Assembly (NCBI RefSeq): GCF_964204645.1
Contig: NC_134030.1
Coordinates: 18,312,210 to 18,376,209 of the forward strand
DNA: 64,000 bases
DNA from: Tubulanus polymorphus
Lineage: Eukaryota > Animalia > Nemertea
Direction: 5' to 3'
Below are positions 62,836 through 64,000 of the stretch, piece after piece (position 1 is the stretch's first letter; every line of letters starts with the position of its first letter). The notes under the pieces were generated by a model that searched no databases, had not been told where the DNA came from, and saw only the letters and a program-made list of their open reading frames with translations. A program made the translations under genes and the position numbers.

Positions 62836-64000
62836 TTACACACATCTCGCGCGGACTAGAATGTCTCTAAGATTTTTGCCGCGTGTAAATAGTATTCTAG
62901 GAGGTTCCTTGAATATTATTCTCAGAGTCGCGTTCGATTGGATTATCTTCCAGTGTTTTGTAAGCGACTGACGGATATTATCCGTGTTCGGATGGTATTT
63001 GGTGATCAGTGAGATTGAATCAAATGAGCGCTTTTTTGTGCGCGTGTGTAAGAGATCCGTACGATATCGTTGGTCCGCTTTGTAGATTTGAGCGCGGATT
63101 TCGCGAGCACTATAGCCTCGGGCCCGGAGGTAACCCTGTAGTTTTTTACATTGTGAGCGGTATTCGCTTTCGTCCGAGCAGATTTTCTTAAATCTGAGAG
63201 CCTGTGCGTATGCAATGTTGTTGCTGCAGTGAGGCGGTGACACGATTCTTTGTGTAGGAGCGAGTGTGCGTCCGTGGGTTTTGTGTACACCCTTGTTGAG
63301 AGTTTACCTGAGTTCTCAAAATCTTTCCCTTTGTAGACTTCAACGTCTAGGAAGGGTACCTTCTCCCTTGATTGTGTCAGTTCGTATTGGATGGTACGGT
63401 GTGATTGGTTCATATGTTCGAAAAATTCGAGTAGTTTATCTTCACCGTGGGTCCAGATTGAGAATATATCATCTATATATCTCCAATATAACATGGGTAT
63501 AGTATTGTTCGGTGCCGAGCGGAGACATTTAGTCTCGAGATAATGCATGAATATGATCGCTAGACCCGGGCTGACTGTTGAACCCATGGCGCAACCCTCT
63601 ATTTGAAGGCGGTGTTCGTTTTTCCCGAAAGAGAATTCATTTCTCTTCAGTATTAGATTCAGGAATTGAACGAAGCGTCTTTTGTCTGGACGGCGAACTG
63701 CGTATTGTAGCGGGAAGTCATCTAGACTTCTTAGGATGCTACTGATGGCTTCTCCGTGAGGGATGTTGGTGTATAGACTTTTGACATCCATTGTCACCAA
63801 TATCGCATCTTTCCGGAGGGGAGGGAGGGAATTGATTTTGTTGAGAAAGTCATTGGTATCTTGGATGTATGTTGATACTCGACTCGCGATTGGTCTCAGA
63901 AAATAGTCCAGATATTTGGATATCTTTTCCGTGGGGCCATTGTTGCCGCTTAGGATCGGTCTCCCCGGGTTGTTGACCTTGTGAATTTTCGGTAGAAGGT
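62836..64000 (-). mobile_element. Penelope-like retroelement reverse transcriptase (5' part outside window), one frameshift at ~63240
   Basis: PKIHK..PGRP, LVTMDVKSLYTNIPH, GCAMGS, YWRYIDDIF, FLDV, YTKPTD, then thumb IAYAQALR..RARGY..RGKNLRDILVRA followed by stop. Confidence 0.9.

Overview
AT-rich, intron-containing eukaryotic DNA; the repeat content resembles a marine invertebrate, but the species cannot be determined. The window holds an immune-receptor locus embedded in dense transposon debris. Hand-splicing gives two adjacent + strand type-I membrane receptor genes that share a paralogous Ig domain. Gene A (28757-33937, ~380 aa) is signal peptide, one Ig domain, TM, and a tail of tandem Tyr motifs (YxxM/YxN). 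Gene B starts at 37571 with signal peptide, 4 Ig-like domains, TM and Cys-rich micro-exons, and has no stop codon up to a phase-1 donor at 43505. The 917-codon NACHT/LRR-like ORF at 56340-59093 has no upstream ATG or effector domain, but it has a phase-1 acceptor at 56412. Joining them, probably via a 39-nt micro-exon at 55934-55972, gives an in-frame ~1470-aa Ig-TM-NACHT-LRR protein, a candidate cell-surface NLR. This join is inferred from splice phase and has no transcript support here. The intervening ~12.4-kb intron is a nested foldback of transposons, including a 9-bp-TSD MULE-like element carrying an intron-containing Ulp1-protease/PHD gene remnant. Elsewhere: an intron-rich DUF7869/Sola-like transposase pseudogene, Helentron/HINE-like elements, a Harbinger relic, LINE fragments, 5-bp-TSD MITEs, a TTAGGG-containing minisatellite, and a Penelope-like RT lacking a C-terminal GIY-YIG with tandem 800-bp repeats.
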